Origin: Candidatus Bipolaricaulota bacterium | GTDB lineage: Bacteria > Bipolaricaulota > Bipolaricaulia > RBG-16-55-9 | NCBI GenBank assembly: GCA_026982655.1 | Contig: JALSGO010000083.1 | Span: 30-64,029 of the forward strand | DNA: 64,000 nucleotides | Direction of reading: 5' to 3' | Shown: positions 17,262 through 27,191 of the stretch, one piece after another | Layout of the letters: every line of letters begins with the position of its first letter | How positions within the stretch are numbered: the stretch's first letter is position 1 | The notes under the pieces: generated by a model | What the model saw: the letters and a program-made list of their open reading frames with translations, nothing else | Database searches by the model: none | Told to the model about the DNA's origin: nothing | Position numbers and translations under genes: made by a program

Positions 17262-18533
17262 TTACGGTTGCTTCCGTAGCGCGGGGAAGACCCACGCGCC
17301 CACGAGGCCCGAGAGCGCCCCGCCCGCGCCCGCCAGCCCGAAGAGCCACGGCGCCTCCAACGCCTCGCCCAAGGCCCCCGTAGCAAACGACGAGAGGGCC
17401 ATAAACCCCACCACGGTAAGGTTCACCAGCGCGAAGACCCGCCCCAGGCGCTCCGGGGGCACAAGTTCTTGAATGAGCGACGTTCGGGTCACGGTGATGA
17501 GCGGGATGAACAGCCCGTGAAACGCGATCAGCGCCAAGCTCAGCCCGTAGGAGCGCACGTCCCCGCTCAGAAACGCCAGAAAGGGCAAATAGGTCGCCCC
17601 GTCCATCGCGATCCCGAGCAGCAGCAACTTCCCCTTGGGGAGGCGCTTGCCGTAGCGGAGCATCCCCAGCGTCCCCAGGAGCCACCCCGCCGCCAGCGCC
17701 GCCTGGAAGAACGCCAGGTGTCGGGCCTCCAGCTCGAGGGTTTGCTTGACGAAGAGGTTGGCCCCCACCACCGCCGGGCCCATGATGAAGAGGTTATCGA
17801 TGGCCGTGAGCAGCAGCAGCCCCCGCAGCACGGGCGAGCCCCACGCATACCGCAGCCCCTCGACGGCCTCCCGCCACGCCGAGGGCACCTCTCGTCGACG
17901 GCTCCCCAGGGGCGGCTCGTCCACCCGGATGAGCCAGACGCACAGGAACGAGACGAAGAAGGTGAGCCCGTCCAGCACCAGAAGCCGGATCATCGGGAGC
18001 ACCTCGTCCTCGCCCGCGCCTCCTCCGCTTCCCGTCTGCACGCTGAGCAGAACCCCGGCCAAGAGCGTCCCCGTGATCATCGCCAGCTGCGTCGAGGTCT
18101 GGACCCAGGCGTTCGCCTGCACCAGGCGCTCCTTCCCTACTAAAGAGGGGATCAGCGCGTCGCGGGCCGGGTTGAAGAGCGTGGAGAACGTCGAGAGCAG
18201 GAACGCGATCGCTCCCAAGGAGACCCAGCTCAGCCACCCCAGCGCCCAGAGCAGGGGCACCGCAAAGAGCAGAAGCCCCCGGGCGGCGTCGGAGAGGAGC
18301 ATCATCGTCCGGCGGCGGTAGCGGTCCACCAACGATCCGGCCAGGAGCCCGAACAACAAGAAGGGCAGCGTCTCCAAGGTGCTGACCGTCCCGGCCTTGA
18401 GCGCGCCCTGGGCGGGCTCGATCGTGAGGATCAAGAAGAGGACCGTGGCCTGAAACAGGAAATCCCCCGTCTGGGAGATGAACTGCCCGGCCCAAAGCAG
18501 CACCAAATTGCGGCTCTCCCGGAGGGCGATCAT
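17262..18533 (-). CDS. MFS transporter
   Basis: About 12 TM helices and an MFS loop motif GSLVDRYRRR. Confidence 0.85.
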   Translation of the reverse strand: MIALRESRNLVLLWAGQFISQTGDFLFQATVLFLILTIEPAQGALKAGTVSTLETLPFLLFGLLAGSLVDRYRRRTMMLLSDAARGLLLFAVPLLWALGWLSWVSLGAIAFLLSTFSTLFNPARDALIPSLVGKERLVQANAWVQTSTQLAMITGTLLAGVLLSVQTGSGGGAGEDEVLPMIRLLVLDGLTFFVSFLCVWLIRVDEPPLGSRRREVPSAWREAVEGLRYAWGSPVLRGLLLLTAIDNLFIMGPAVVGANLFVKQTLELEARHLAFFQAALAAGWLLGTLGMLRYGKRLPKGKLLLLGIAMDGATYLPFLAFLSGDVRSYGLSLALIAFHGLFIPLITVTRTSLIQELVPPERLGRVFALVNLTVVGFMALSSFATGALGEALEAPWLFGLAGAGGALSGLVGAWVFPALRKQP

Positions 18534-18555
18534 CGATCTAGGATCTAGACGTTAT

Positions 18556-19047
18556 CTAGACGTCCACGCGCTCGGCCTCGTGGGTTTCGGTGTCGTAGAG
18601 CGCGAAGGTGGAAGCCCCGAAGCGACCCATCACTTCCCCGGGGTTGATCAACAACGCGTTCCCCTCGCGCGAGAGGTGGAAGCGATGGTCGTGCCCGTAG
18701 CAGACGACGTCGTACTGCCCGGACTTCGCCAGGGCGCGCCCGATCTCGGGGAAGTGGGTCACCGCAAAGCGCTTCCCCCCTAACGAGAGCTCCGCGAACT
18801 CGCCGTGCAGCTTGACGTGCTCATAGCGCAGGGCCTGCTGCGCGATGCGGAAGGGGTCCCCGTCGTTGTTCCCGAAGACGATGTGGATCTCGCCCGAGAA
18901 GCCCTCGGCCAGCTGCGGAACGACGAAGGGCGCGCACAAGTCGCCGCAGCAGATCAGCGCTTCTGCGCCCCGCTTCCCGATCTCCTTCAGAACCTCCGAG
19001 AGCTTCCAGATGTTATCGTGGATGTCGGAGAGAATGACGATCTTCAC
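18556..19047 (-). CDS. YfcE/MJ0936-family metallophosphoesterase
   Basis: MKIVILSDIHDN, CCGDL, GNND and GHDH motifs. Confidence 0.88.
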   Translation of the reverse strand: MKIVILSDIHDNIWKLSEVLKEIGKRGAEALICCGDLCAPFVVPQLAEGFSGEIHIVFGNNDGDPFRIAQQALRYEHVKLHGEFAELSLGGKRFAVTHFPEIGRALAKSGQYDVVCYGHDHRFHLSREGNALLINPGEVMGRFGASTFALYDTETHEAERVDV

Positions 19048-19062
19048 GCCCTCACCTCCCCT

Positions 19063-19620
19063 TCAGTACTTGTACCCCTTCGCTTCCTCCTCGCTGAACT
19101 CGACGCCCAATCCCAAGGCCACGCGGTTTACGAAGTTGAAGTAGCTCACGATCAAGTTGGCTTGCAGGATCTCCTCGTCGGAGAAGCCGGCTTCCCTGAG
19201 GGTCTGAACGTCCTGCTCCGTCACGGACGAGGGCGATCGGGTGAGTTGGGCCGCGTACTCGACGATCGCCCGATCCTTCGGGGAGAGCTCGACTTGGCGG
19301 TAATCTTCAAGGAGCTTCTGCAGGCGCTCCTCGTCCTTCCAGTAGAAGTTGAGGGCTTCGGCGTGGTGGCGGGTGCAGTAGGCGCAGTCGTTGAGCACGG
19401 AGACGACCGTCGCGATCAGCTCCCGCTGCTCGCGGCGCAGCCCGCCGGGGCGGAACATGAGGGCTACGTAGAGCTCGAGGTGCTGCTGCATCGTCTCGGG
19501 CAGGAGGCTCTGCACCTTGAGGATGTTGGCCACCTTGCCCCGGGCTTCTCGAATTGCCTCGTAGATCCGGGCCAGATCCCCTTGGGCCTCGGGTTCGTCG
19601 ACGACGCGGATCCAGGGCAT
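19063..19620 (-). CDS. AhpD-fold peroxidase-related protein (CxxC)
   Basis: LNDCAYCTRHH motif. Start set at MPWIRVV (ATG 19620), because the upstream part of ORF 19063..19917 is low complexity. Confidence 0.8.
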   Translation of the reverse strand: MPWIRVVDEPEAQGDLARIYEAIREARGKVANILKVQSLLPETMQQHLELYVALMFRPGGLRREQRELIATVVSVLNDCAYCTRHHAEALNFYWKDEERLQKLLEDYRQVELSPKDRAIVEYAAQLTRSPSSVTEQDVQTLREAGFSDEEILQANLIVSYFNFVNRVALGLGVEFSEEEAKGYKY

Positions 19621-19732
19621 CGTATGCACCCCTTCGATGGTACGCCGAGCGGGCAGCACGGGCAAGCGAGCGGCATGGGGAACGAACTTGTCTTTTCGCG
19701 AGCCAGCCGTTAAAGTTTCGCAGGAGGGTGCG

Positions 19733-20518
19733 ATGAGTACGAAGATCTTGTGGATCGTAGCGGCGGCGTTGGCAGTGCTGCTGGGCTTCCTCTGGATCTC
19801 CGGGGGCCGAGGCGGGGTGCAGTCGGCCGAGGAACCCGAGGGGGGGGAGGAGTACCCTCTCGCGGTCGCGGAGCTTGTGAACACGGAAGGGATGTTCGTG
19901 GGGATCGCGATCCTCACCGAGCTTCCCGAGGGCGTGCGGGTTCAGCTCAAGGCCGAGAGGCTCCCGCCGGGGGAGCACGCCCTCCACATCCACGAGACGG
20001 GGCGGTGCGAGCCGCCGGATTTCCGCAGCGCCGGGGGTCACTTCAACCCCTTCGGGAAGCGCCATGGGCTCAACAACCCCGAGGGGCCGCACGCAGGGGA
20101 CCTTCCCAACGTGACCGTGGACGAGGACGGCTCCCTGGATGTAGACCTCGTCGCGGAGGGGGTGACGCTCCGGCCCGGGGCGCAGAACTCGCTCTTCGAC
20201 GGGGACGGCTCGGCCTTGGTGATCCACGCCGGGCCCGACGATCTCAGGAGCGACCCGGCAGGGAACGCGGGGCCGCGGATCGCCTGCGGTGTGATCCAAC
20301 AACCGGAGTCCGGAAGCCACATAGACCTGTCTTCCCGCATGTCCTCCGGTAGAGGACAAGAAAGGAACACCGATGGGTGGAGCAGTAGCAGCAGTGCTCG
20401 GGCGTCGCAGGCACCTGCGGCTGGGGGCGTGGGTGTTCGCCCTCTTGGTCGGGTTGGTTTCTTCCTCGGTCGCGCAGATCTCCCCTCAGTCCCCGTCTTC
20501 GCTCAACATTTCTCTTAA
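19733..20518 (+). CDS. sodC: Cu/Zn superoxide dismutase with an unusually long 3' extension
   Basis: Signal anchor, then HALHIHETGRC, GGHFNP, HAGDLPN and LVIHAGPDD...RIACGVI. AGGAGG RBS precedes ATG 19733. The frame stays open for 74 codons past the conserved ACGVI end. Confidence 0.85.
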   Translation: MSTKILWIVAAALAVLLGFLWISGGRGGVQSAEEPEGGEEYPLAVAELVNTEGMFVGIAILTELPEGVRVQLKAERLPPGEHALHIHETGRCEPPDFRSAGGHFNPFGKRHGLNNPEGPHAGDLPNVTVDEDGSLDVDLVAEGVTLRPGAQNSLFDGDGSALVIHAGPDDLRSDPAGNAGPRIACGVIQQPESGSHIDLSSRMSSGRGQERNTDGWSSSSSARASQAPAAGGVGVRPLGRVGFFLGRADLPSVPVFAQHFS

Positions 20519-21269
20519 CATCCCCTACTTTGCAGGCAAGGACTCCGATCCTCGAAGAAACGCGTTGGACATCTACGCGCAAGCGGGGGCGGAGGCGGCC
20601 CCGGTGCTCCTCTTCGTCCACGGCGGGGGGTGGACGAGCGGCGACAAGGGCACCTATGGCTACCTGGGGCGCTCCTTCGCCTCCCAGGGGTACGTGACCG
20701 TGATCCCCAACTACCGCCTGAGCCCCGAGGTGCAGCACCCGGTGCACGTCCGGGACGTCGCCCGCGCCGTGGCCTGGACCTACAACCGCATCGCCGACTA
20801 CGGCGGAGACCCCGAACGGATCGTCCTCATGGGCCACTCGGCCGGGGGGCATCTCGTCGCGCTGCTGGCCCTCGACGACCGCTACCTCCGCGAGCAGGGG
20901 CTCTCCCCCCGGATCCTCGACGGCGTGATCCCCATCAGCGGCGTCTACGACTTGACCGTGATCCCTGCCTTCACGGAGGTCTTTGGAAACAGCTTGGATC
21001 GCCGTCGTGACGCCTCCCCCCTCTACCACGCCCGGGAAGGGCGCCTCCCGTCCCTCCCCTGGCGAATCCTCTACGCCGAGGAGGACCTGCCCACCCTAGG
21101 GGAGCAAGCGGAAGACTTCTACCAAGCGCTCCGCTCCCGGGGGGCGAGAGCGGAGCTCTTCCGGATCCCAGGCCGGGACCATGAGACGATTATCTCGTTC
21201 CTCGGGCGCAATGCGGACCCGGCTACGCGGCTCGTCCTGGCGTTCCTGAAGGAGCAGATCGGTCCCTGA
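20373..21269 (+). CDS. alpha/beta hydrolase, HGGG-type esterase (paralogue B)
   Basis: Signal peptide, FVHGGGW and GHSAGGH motifs. The central 122 codons are nearly nucleotide-identical to paralogue A. Confidence 0.85.
   Translation: MGGAVAAVLGRRRHLRLGAWVFALLVGLVSSSVAQISPQSPSSLNISLNIPYFAGKDSDPRRNALDIYAQAGAEAAPVLLFVHGGGWTSGDKGTYGYLGRSFASQGYVTVIPNYRLSPEVQHPVHVRDVARAVAWTYNRIADYGGDPERIVLMGHSAGGHLVALLALDDRYLREQGLSPRILDGVIPISGVYDLTVIPAFTEVFGNSLDRRRDASPLYHAREGRLPSLPWRILYAEEDLPTLGEQAEDFYQALRSRGARAELFRIPGRDHETIISFLGRNADPATRLVLAFLKEQIGP
20585..20951. repeat. 367-bp inverted repeat, copy B (inside esterase paralogue B)
   Basis: Reverse complement of 9908..10274. See copy A. Confidence 0.9.
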
Positions 21270-21347
21270 CCTGCGCGGAGGGGAACCCCCTACGAGGGGT
21301 TCGCGACGTCTCCGCAGTCCGATCCGGAAGGCGAGATACGGCTTCGC

Positions 21348-21376
21348 TTGACAACTCCACGCCTCGCCGGTATCCT
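21348..21376 (+). promoter_or_regulatory. sigma70-type promoter of the hrcA operon (TTGACA-17-TATCCT)
   Basis: Consensus -35 at 21348..21353, 17-nt spacer, -10 at 21371..21376, immediately upstream of CIRCE. Confidence 0.6.
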
Positions 21377-21390
21377 TGGTGGCGCCCGTA

Positions 21391-21417
21391 TTAGCAGTCC
21401 TCCAAGGAGAGTGCTAA
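21391..21417 (+). promoter_or_regulatory. CIRCE element (HrcA operator)
   Basis: TTAGCAGTC-N9-GAGTGCTAA against the consensus TTAGCACTC-N9-GAGTGCTAA (one mismatch). Located 4 nt upstream of the hrcA start. Confidence 0.9.
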
Positions 21418-21420
21418 CCC

Positions 21421-22473
21421 GTGGACGACCGGAAGCGCCTAGTGCTCAAAGCCATCGTCGATCACTACATCAAGACCGGACAACCCTTAAGCAGCCAGAC
21501 GCTGCTTAAGGAGTACGGCCTCGACGTCAGTTCCGCCACGATCCGCAACGACATGAAGGCGCTGGAGCGCGAGGGGCTGATCACCAAGGAGTACAGCTCC
21601 GCGGGGCGCGTCCCCACGGAGAAGGGGTTCCGCTTCTTCGTAGATTGGTTGGTAGAGCTCAGCGAGCTGACCCGTCCCGAGGAGCACGCGCTCATGGAGA
21701 GCTATCGCCTCCAGCGCCAGCCCTTGGAAGAACTCCTCAAACAGACGGCGCTCCTTCTGGCGGGTCTCAGCGGCTACGCCGGGTTCGTCCTCTCCCCCCG
21801 GCTGGAGGAGACCCGCCTCGAGTCCATCACGTGGGTGAAGCTCGACGAGGAGAGCGCTCTGGTCGTCATCTTATCGGAGCTGGGGATCGTGGAGCATCGA
21901 ATCCTGCCCACGTCCCTCTCCCAGGAGGAGCTCGAAGAAATTGGAAGATGGCTGAGCGAGCGGCTCCGAGGGCGCACCCTCAGCGAGGTGCGTGAAGAAG
22001 CCCAACGGTACGTGACGGAGGCGGGCGAGGGCTGGCACGACCCCCGCACCCAGAGCGCCTTCCAACTGCTGCGGAGCGCCCTCGAGCGGCGCTTGGAGCG
22101 GAGACTGTACACCGAGGGGCTCTTCAACCTCCTCCAGAAGCTCCTAGAGGAGGAGGTAGGACTCGCGGAAGTGCGGGACATCGTGCGGCTCCTCAGCGAG
22201 TCCGCCCGCTTCGGGGAGTATTTGGAATCCCAGATCGAGGACTCGAAGCTGCAGGTGCGCATCGGCTCCGAGAACTCTTTGCGGGAACTGCGACCGTGCA
22301 GCTTGGTCCTGATGGGCTACGGCTACTCCGGCGTGCTGGGGGTGCTCGGCCCCGTGCGCATGGACTACTCCAAGGCCTGCTCCATCACCCAGTACATCGG
22401 GAACCGCCTGGAGGCGATCCTCACGCTCAGCCGCCGCGCGCCCATGGAGGCCCCGGAGGTGAACCCGTCGTGA
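21421..22473 (+). CDS. hrcA: heat-inducible transcription repressor HrcA
   Basis: N-terminal winged-helix pattern RKRLVLKAIVDHYIKTGQPLSSQTLL...SSATIRNDMKALE. Sits in the conserved hrcA-grpE-dnaK-dnaJ order. Confidence 0.92.
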   Translation: MDDRKRLVLKAIVDHYIKTGQPLSSQTLLKEYGLDVSSATIRNDMKALEREGLITKEYSSAGRVPTEKGFRFFVDWLVELSELTRPEEHALMESYRLQRQPLEELLKQTALLLAGLSGYAGFVLSPRLEETRLESITWVKLDEESALVVILSELGIVEHRILPTSLSQEELEEIGRWLSERLRGRTLSEVREEAQRYVTEAGEGWHDPRTQSAFQLLRSALERRLERRLYTEGLFNLLQKLLEEEVGLAEVRDIVRLLSESARFGEYLESQIEDSKLQVRIGSENSLRELRPCSLVLMGYGYSGVLGVLGPVRMDYSKACSITQYIGNRLEAILTLSRRAPMEAPEVNPS

Positions 22474-23150
22474 GCGACACCGAGAAGGATCAACGCGAAC
22501 GCGAACGCGAGGCCGAGCAGCAGAGGGAGGCTCAGGTCCAGCAGGCGCAAGGGCAGCCCGACGCGGAAGCGCTCCGGAAGGAGCTTCAAGGGCTAAGACA
22601 GCAGTTGGAGGAGCGCGACCGGCAGCTCCAGGAGCTTACGGAGCGCCTCCGGCGCCTGCAGGCAGACTTCGACAACTACAAGAAGCGCGTCGAGCGCGAG
22701 CGGGAGGAGTTCGCCCGCATCGTCGAGGATCGGTTTCTGCTCAAGATCCTCCCGATCTACGACAACCTGGAGCGGGCCTTTCGCTCGTACGACCACAACA
22801 ACGACAAGGACTCGTTCATCGAGGGCATGGAGCGGATCTTCGCCCAGTTCCGCGAGTTCTTGAAGGGCGAGGGGGTCCAGCCCATCGAGGCGTTAGGGAA
22901 ACCGTTCGACCCCTTGCTCCACGAGGCGCTCCTCAGCGTCGAGACCGAGAACGATCCGCCCAACGTGGTGCTCGAGGAGTTCGAGCGGGGGTATCTCAGA
23001 GCGGAGCGGGTGCTGCGCCCCAGCCGCGTCAAGGTGAGCCGCAGGCCCGCCAAAGCCCCGACGCAGGGGACCGACGAGGAAGGCTCCGGATCGGGCGAGA
23101 GCGAAGGCCGGAGCGGGAACGGGAACGGGCAGGCGAAAGAGGAGGGATAG
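22470..23150 (+). CDS. grpE: nucleotide exchange factor GrpE
   Basis: Coiled-coil N-terminus and DFDNYKKRVERE...ILPIYDNLERA motifs. The GTG start overlaps the hrcA stop (GTGA). Confidence 0.9.
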   Translation: MSDTEKDQREREREAEQQREAQVQQAQGQPDAEALRKELQGLRQQLEERDRQLQELTERLRRLQADFDNYKKRVEREREEFARIVEDRFLLKILPIYDNLERAFRSYDHNNDKDSFIEGMERIFAQFREFLKGEGVQPIEALGKPFDPLLHEALLSVETENDPPNVVLEEFERGYLRAERVLRPSRVKVSRRPAKAPTQGTDEEGSGSGESEGRSGNGNGQAKEEG

Positions 23151-23153
23151 GAG

Positions 23154-25043
23154 ATGGCCAAGGAGAAAGTGGTGGGCATCGATTTGGGCACGACGATGTC
23201 GGCCATCGCCATCGTCGAGGGAGGCCGACCGGAGATCATCCCCAACGCCGAGGGCGAGCGAATCACGCCCTCCGTGGTGGCGTTCACCGAGGACGGCGAG
23301 CGCCTGGTGGGTCGGCTGGCGCTGCGCCAGGCGATCACGAACCCCGAGCGCACCGTCATGGAGATCAAGCGTAAGATGGGGACCTCCCATCGTGTGAAGA
23401 TCCAGACGAACGCCTGGACCAAGGAGTTCTCCCCGGAGGAGATCTCCGCAATGATCCTCCAGAAGCTCAAGAAGGACGCGGAGGAGCGCTTGGGGCACCC
23501 CGTCAAGAAGGCCGTGATCACCTGTCCGGCCTACTTCGACAACACCCAGCGCCAGGCGACCAAGGACGCCGGGAAGATCGCCGGTCTGGAGGTGCTGAGG
23601 ATCATCAACGAGCCGACCGCCGCCGCGCTCGCCTACGGGCTCGACAAAGAAAAAGACCAGACGATCCTGGTGTACGACCTGGGAGGGGGGACCTTCGACG
23701 TCTCGATCCTCGAGATCGGGGAGGGCGTCTTCGAGGTCGTGGCCACCGGCGGGGACAACCAGCTCGGCGGCAAGGACTTCGACGAGCGGATCATGGACTG
23801 GCTCATCGAGGAGTTCAAGGAGGAGACGGGCATCGACCTGCGGAACGACGCCGCCGCGATGCAGCGCCTCAAGGAAGCCGCCGAGAACGCCAAGAAGGAG
23901 CTCTCCTCCAAGAAGGAGACGGTCATCCACCTCCCCTACATCACCGCGGACGCCAGCGGCCCCAAGCACCTCGAGAAGAAGCTCACCCGCGCCAAGCTCG
24001 AGAGCTTGATCGGCGACCTCCTCGAGCGCACGATCGACCTGCTGCACCAGACGCTCAAGGAAGCGAAGATGACCGAAAAAGACATCGACCAGATCGTGCT
24101 GGTGGGCGGGTCCACCCGGATCCCCAAGGTGCAGCAGCTCATCGAGGAGGCGATCCCGGGCAAGATCAACAAGGAGATCAACCCCGACGAGGTGGTCGCC
24201 CTGGGCGCGGCGCTCCAGGGGGCCGTCCTCTCCGGGGAGATCGACGAGATCGTGCTCTTAGATGTAACCCCCTTGACGCTCTCCGTCGAGACCCTGGGCG
24301 GGATCGCCACCCCCATCATCGAGAAGAACACCACCATCCCCTGCGAGAAGACGCGGGTCTTCACCACCGCCGAGGACGGGCAGACCACGGTGGACATCCA
24401 CATCGTCCAGGGGGAGCGCAAGCTCGCCAAGGACAACAAGAGCCTAGGGAGGTTTCAGCTCACGGGCATCCCGCCCGCGCCGCGGGGCGTGCCCCAGATC
24501 GAGGTGAAGTTCGCCATCGACGCCGACGGCATCCTCAACGTCACGGCCAAGGACCTGGGGACGGGCAAGTCCGCGAGCATCGTCATCAAGGAGACCTCGC
24601 GCCTGAGCGAGGAGGAGATCGAGCGGATGCGCAAGGAGGCGGAGGAGCACGCGGAGGAGGACCGCCGCCGGGTCGAGGAGATCGAGACCCGCAACCAAGC
24701 CGACCAACTCGTGTACATGACCGAGAAGAGCCTGAGAGAGTACGGCGACAAGGTGAGCGCCGCCACCCGCCAGAGCATCGAGGAGAAGCTCAAGGAGCTG
24801 AAGGAGCTGATCGAGAAGGAAGCGCCCGTCGCCGATCTGCGAAGGGCGATGGAGGAGCTGCGCCAGGCCTCGTTCGAGCTGGGCCAGCAGATCTATCAGC
24901 AACAGCAGCAGGCGGCCACCGCCGCGGCGGGGTCGACGGAGGCGAGCCCCGACGGCTCGGATGCCCAAGCCGAGGAGGCTGCCACGAAGACCGGCGGGTA
25001 CGTGGAAGCCGAGTACGAGAAGGACGACGAGGAGAAGAAGTGA
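23154..25043 (+). CDS. dnaK: molecular chaperone DnaK (Hsp70)
   Basis: [22 protein letters not shown] and [13 protein letters not shown] motifs, with an acidic C-terminus. Confidence 0.97.
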   Translation: MAKEKVVGIDLGTTMSAIAIVEGGRPEIIPNAEGERITPSVVAFTEDGERLVGRLALRQAITNPERTVMEIKRKMGTSHRVKIQTNAWTKEFSPEEISAMILQKLKKDAEERLGHPVKKAVITCPAYFDNTQRQATKDAGKIAGLEVLRIINEPTAAALAYGLDKEKDQTILVYDLGGGTFDVSILEIGEGVFEVVATGGDNQLGGKDFDERIMDWLIEEFKEETGIDLRNDAAAMQRLKEAAENAKKELSSKKETVIHLPYITADASGPKHLEKKLTRAKLESLIGDLLERTIDLLHQTLKEAKMTEKDIDQIVLVGGSTRIPKVQQLIEEAIPGKINKEINPDEVVALGAALQGAVLSGEIDEIVLLDVTPLTLSVETLGGIATPIIEKNTTIPCEKTRVFTTAEDGQTTVDIHIVQGERKLAKDNKSLGRFQLTGIPPAPRGVPQIEVKFAIDADGILNVTAKDLGTGKSASIVIKETSRLSEEEIERMRKEAEEHAEEDRRRVEEIETRNQADQLVYMTEKSLREYGDKVSAATRQSIEEKLKELKELIEKEAPVADLRRAMEELRQASFELGQQIYQQQQQAATAAAGSTEASPDGSDAQAEEAATKTGGYVEAEYEKDDEEKK

Positions 25044-25046
25044 GGG

Positions 25047-26156
25047 ATGGCGAAGAAGGACTACTACGAGATCCTCGGGGTCTCGCGCGACGCATCCCCA
25101 GAGGAGATCAAGCGGGCCTACCGCCGCTTGGCCAAGAAGTACCACCCCGACGTGGCCAAGGACGGCGGGAGCGCCGAGAAGTTCAAGGAGATCGCCGAGG
25201 CCTACGAGGTCTTGTCGGACCCGGAGAAGCGGGCCCAATACGATCGCTTCGGCCACGTGGGGCCGGAGCAGGGCTTCGACTTCGACGTGGGCGATTTCCG
25301 CCGGGCGCGCGAGACCTTCGAGGAGTTCTTCGGGTTCGGGAGCTGGGAGGACCTCTTCGACCTCTTCTTCGGGGAGGGCCCGAGCACCCGGACCCGGACC
25401 CGCAGACGCACCCGCGCCCGCCGCGGCGAGGACCTCGAGTACAAGCTGCGCCTGACCCTAGAGGACGCCGCGCAGGGGACGCGGGTGAAGGTGACGGTGC
25501 CCCGCTACGTGGCCTGCGACCGCTGCGGCGGGACGGGCCGTGAGCCCGGCACGGACGCCCGGATCTGCCCCACGTGCAACGGGGCCGGACAGGTCGAGTA
25601 CCGCCGCCGGACGATGCTGGGGAGCTTCGTCAACATCCAGACCTGCGGGCGCTGCGAGGGGACCGGCGAGATCATCGAGGAGCCCTGCACCCGCTGCGAC
25701 GGCAAGGGGAGGGTGTGGGAGCAGAGCCGCATCTCGATTAAAGTCCCGCCGGGGGTGGACACGGGCTCCCGCTTGAAGCTCACGGGCGAGGGGAACGCGG
25801 GACTCTACGGGGGCCCGCCGGGGGACCTCTACATCGTGGTAGAGCTTGCGCCCCACGACGTCTTCACCCGCCAGGGGGACGACCTCTACTGCGAGGTGCC
25901 CATCACCTTCCCGCAGGCCGCCTTGGGGGCCACCATCAAGGTCCCCACGCTCTTCGGGGAGGAGGAGCTGAAGATCCCGCCGGGGACGCAGTCGGGGGAG
26001 ACGTTCGTGCTCCGCGGCAAGGGGATTCCGCACCTTCGGGGCCGCGGACGCGGCGATCAGTACGTCACCGTCAAGGTCCAGACCCCCAAGCGGGTGACCC
26101 GCCGGGTGCGGAAACTCCTCGAGGAGCTGGATCAGGAGCTGCGGGAGCAGCAGTAG
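25047..26156 (+). CDS. dnaJ: co-chaperone DnaJ (Hsp40)
   Basis: J domain with KKYHPD, a G/F region, and four CxxCxGxG zinc motifs. Confidence 0.95.
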   Translation: MAKKDYYEILGVSRDASPEEIKRAYRRLAKKYHPDVAKDGGSAEKFKEIAEAYEVLSDPEKRAQYDRFGHVGPEQGFDFDVGDFRRARETFEEFFGFGSWEDLFDLFFGEGPSTRTRTRRRTRARRGEDLEYKLRLTLEDAAQGTRVKVTVPRYVACDRCGGTGREPGTDARICPTCNGAGQVEYRRRTMLGSFVNIQTCGRCEGTGEIIEEPCTRCDGKGRVWEQSRISIKVPPGVDTGSRLKLTGEGNAGLYGGPPGDLYIVVELAPHDVFTRQGDDLYCEVPITFPQAALGATIKVPTLFGEEELKIPPGTQSGETFVLRGKGIPHLRGRGRGDQYVTVKVQTPKRVTRRVRKLLEELDQELREQQ

Positions 26157-26193
26157 CGCTACAGGGCGTCGTTTGCATCCCATGTTGCAGATG

Positions 26194-26222
26194 TTGCAGG
26201 ACCTCTTCTGTGACGGCATACT
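26194..26222 (+). promoter_or_regulatory. putative promoter TTGCAG-17-CATACT (the -35 lies in a tandem ATGTTGCAG duplication)
   Basis: Hexamers at 26194..26199 and 26217..26222. ATG 26229 lies 6 nt after the -10 box with no SD. Confidence 0.4.
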
Positions 26223-26228
26223 CCGGGT

Positions 26229-26441
26229 ATGGACGTACGAGACCTGGCCGAAAGCGTGCTGCCCAGCGAGGTCTTCGCCATGGTCACCTTCGACCCGGAG
26301 ACCCAGGAGGTGGGCGTGCAGTACGGCTACGTACTGCTGAGCCTGCCCCGCGAGGACTTCGAAAGCTTCGTCGAGCTGCTCGTCCGGGCGGGAGAGCGGC
26401 TCGAGGGGGCGGAACCGGAAGGCCGAAGGAAGAAGGGATGA
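26229..26441 (+). CDS. hypothetical small acidic protein (70 aa)
   Basis: Good codon bias. Its stop lies 3 nt before the start of the Rad52-like gene. No recognisable motif. Confidence 0.55.
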   Translation: MDVRDLAESVLPSEVFAMVTFDPETQEVGVQYGYVLLSLPREDFESFVELLVRAGERLEGAEPEGRRKKG

Positions 26442-26444
26442 ACG

Positions 26445-27191
26445 ATGGCCACCGCGAAGGAGAAGGGCGATCTGCTCTCCTCGGCTGCGCGGACGAAGGA
26501 ACCCCAAGAGCTAACGAAGGCGCCGAGCAGCCCCCTCACCCTCCGACAGATCGAGGAACTCAAGAAACCCCTCGACCCGAGCCGGGTGCTGCGCCGGGTG
26601 GGCTTCCGCGGCCAGCAGCTCGAGTATCTCCCCGTCCACGACGTCATCGAGACGGCCAACCGCATCTTCGGGTACGGGGGCTGGCAGCGGGAGATCCGGC
26701 GCCTCGAGAAGGTCTACGAGGACGAGACGGACGGCGTCTACAGCGTCGGGTACCTCTGCGAGTATCGAGTGCGGGTGGGGGACGTGGTCCACGAGGACGT
26801 GGGGTTTGGCTCCTCTTCGAATCAACCCGACCCGGCCCAGGCCCACGAGATGGCGGTAAAAGCCGCCGTCTCCGACGCGCTCAAGCGCTGCTTTCGGGCC
26901 TTCGGCGATCAGTTCGGGCTGAGCTTATATCGCAAGCACGAGATTGAGGAGGGCCCCGCAGGCGGGGTGCGCACCGCCACCGACGCCCAAGTGGGCAGGC
27001 TGCGCAAGTCGCTCCGGACCCACGGCCTCCAGGAGGGCGACCTCCTGGAGTACATCAACGCCAAGATGGGGACGGACTACGCCCGCCTCTCGGACCTGCC
27101 CCTCAAGGTCGCCAGCCGCGCGATCGAGCGCTTCACCAAGGAAGGGGAGGCCTTCGCCGCCGAGATCCGCGAGATCGCCCAGGCGAAATAA
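26445..27191 (+). CDS. Rad52/Rad22-family single-strand annealing protein
   Basis: Aligns by eye to the Rad52 N-terminal core: RIFGYGGW (FGYNGW in Rad52), HEDVGFG (HEDVGYG), KAAVSDALKRCFRAFGDQFGLSLY ([24 protein letters not shown]). Confidence 0.8.
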   Translation: MATAKEKGDLLSSAARTKEPQELTKAPSSPLTLRQIEELKKPLDPSRVLRRVGFRGQQLEYLPVHDVIETANRIFGYGGWQREIRRLEKVYEDETDGVYSVGYLCEYRVRVGDVVHEDVGFGSSSNQPDPAQAHEMAVKAAVSDALKRCFRAFGDQFGLSLYRKHEIEEGPAGGVRTATDAQVGRLRKSLRTHGLQEGDLLEYINAKMGTDYARLSDLPLKVASRAIERFTKEGEAFAAEIREIAQAK

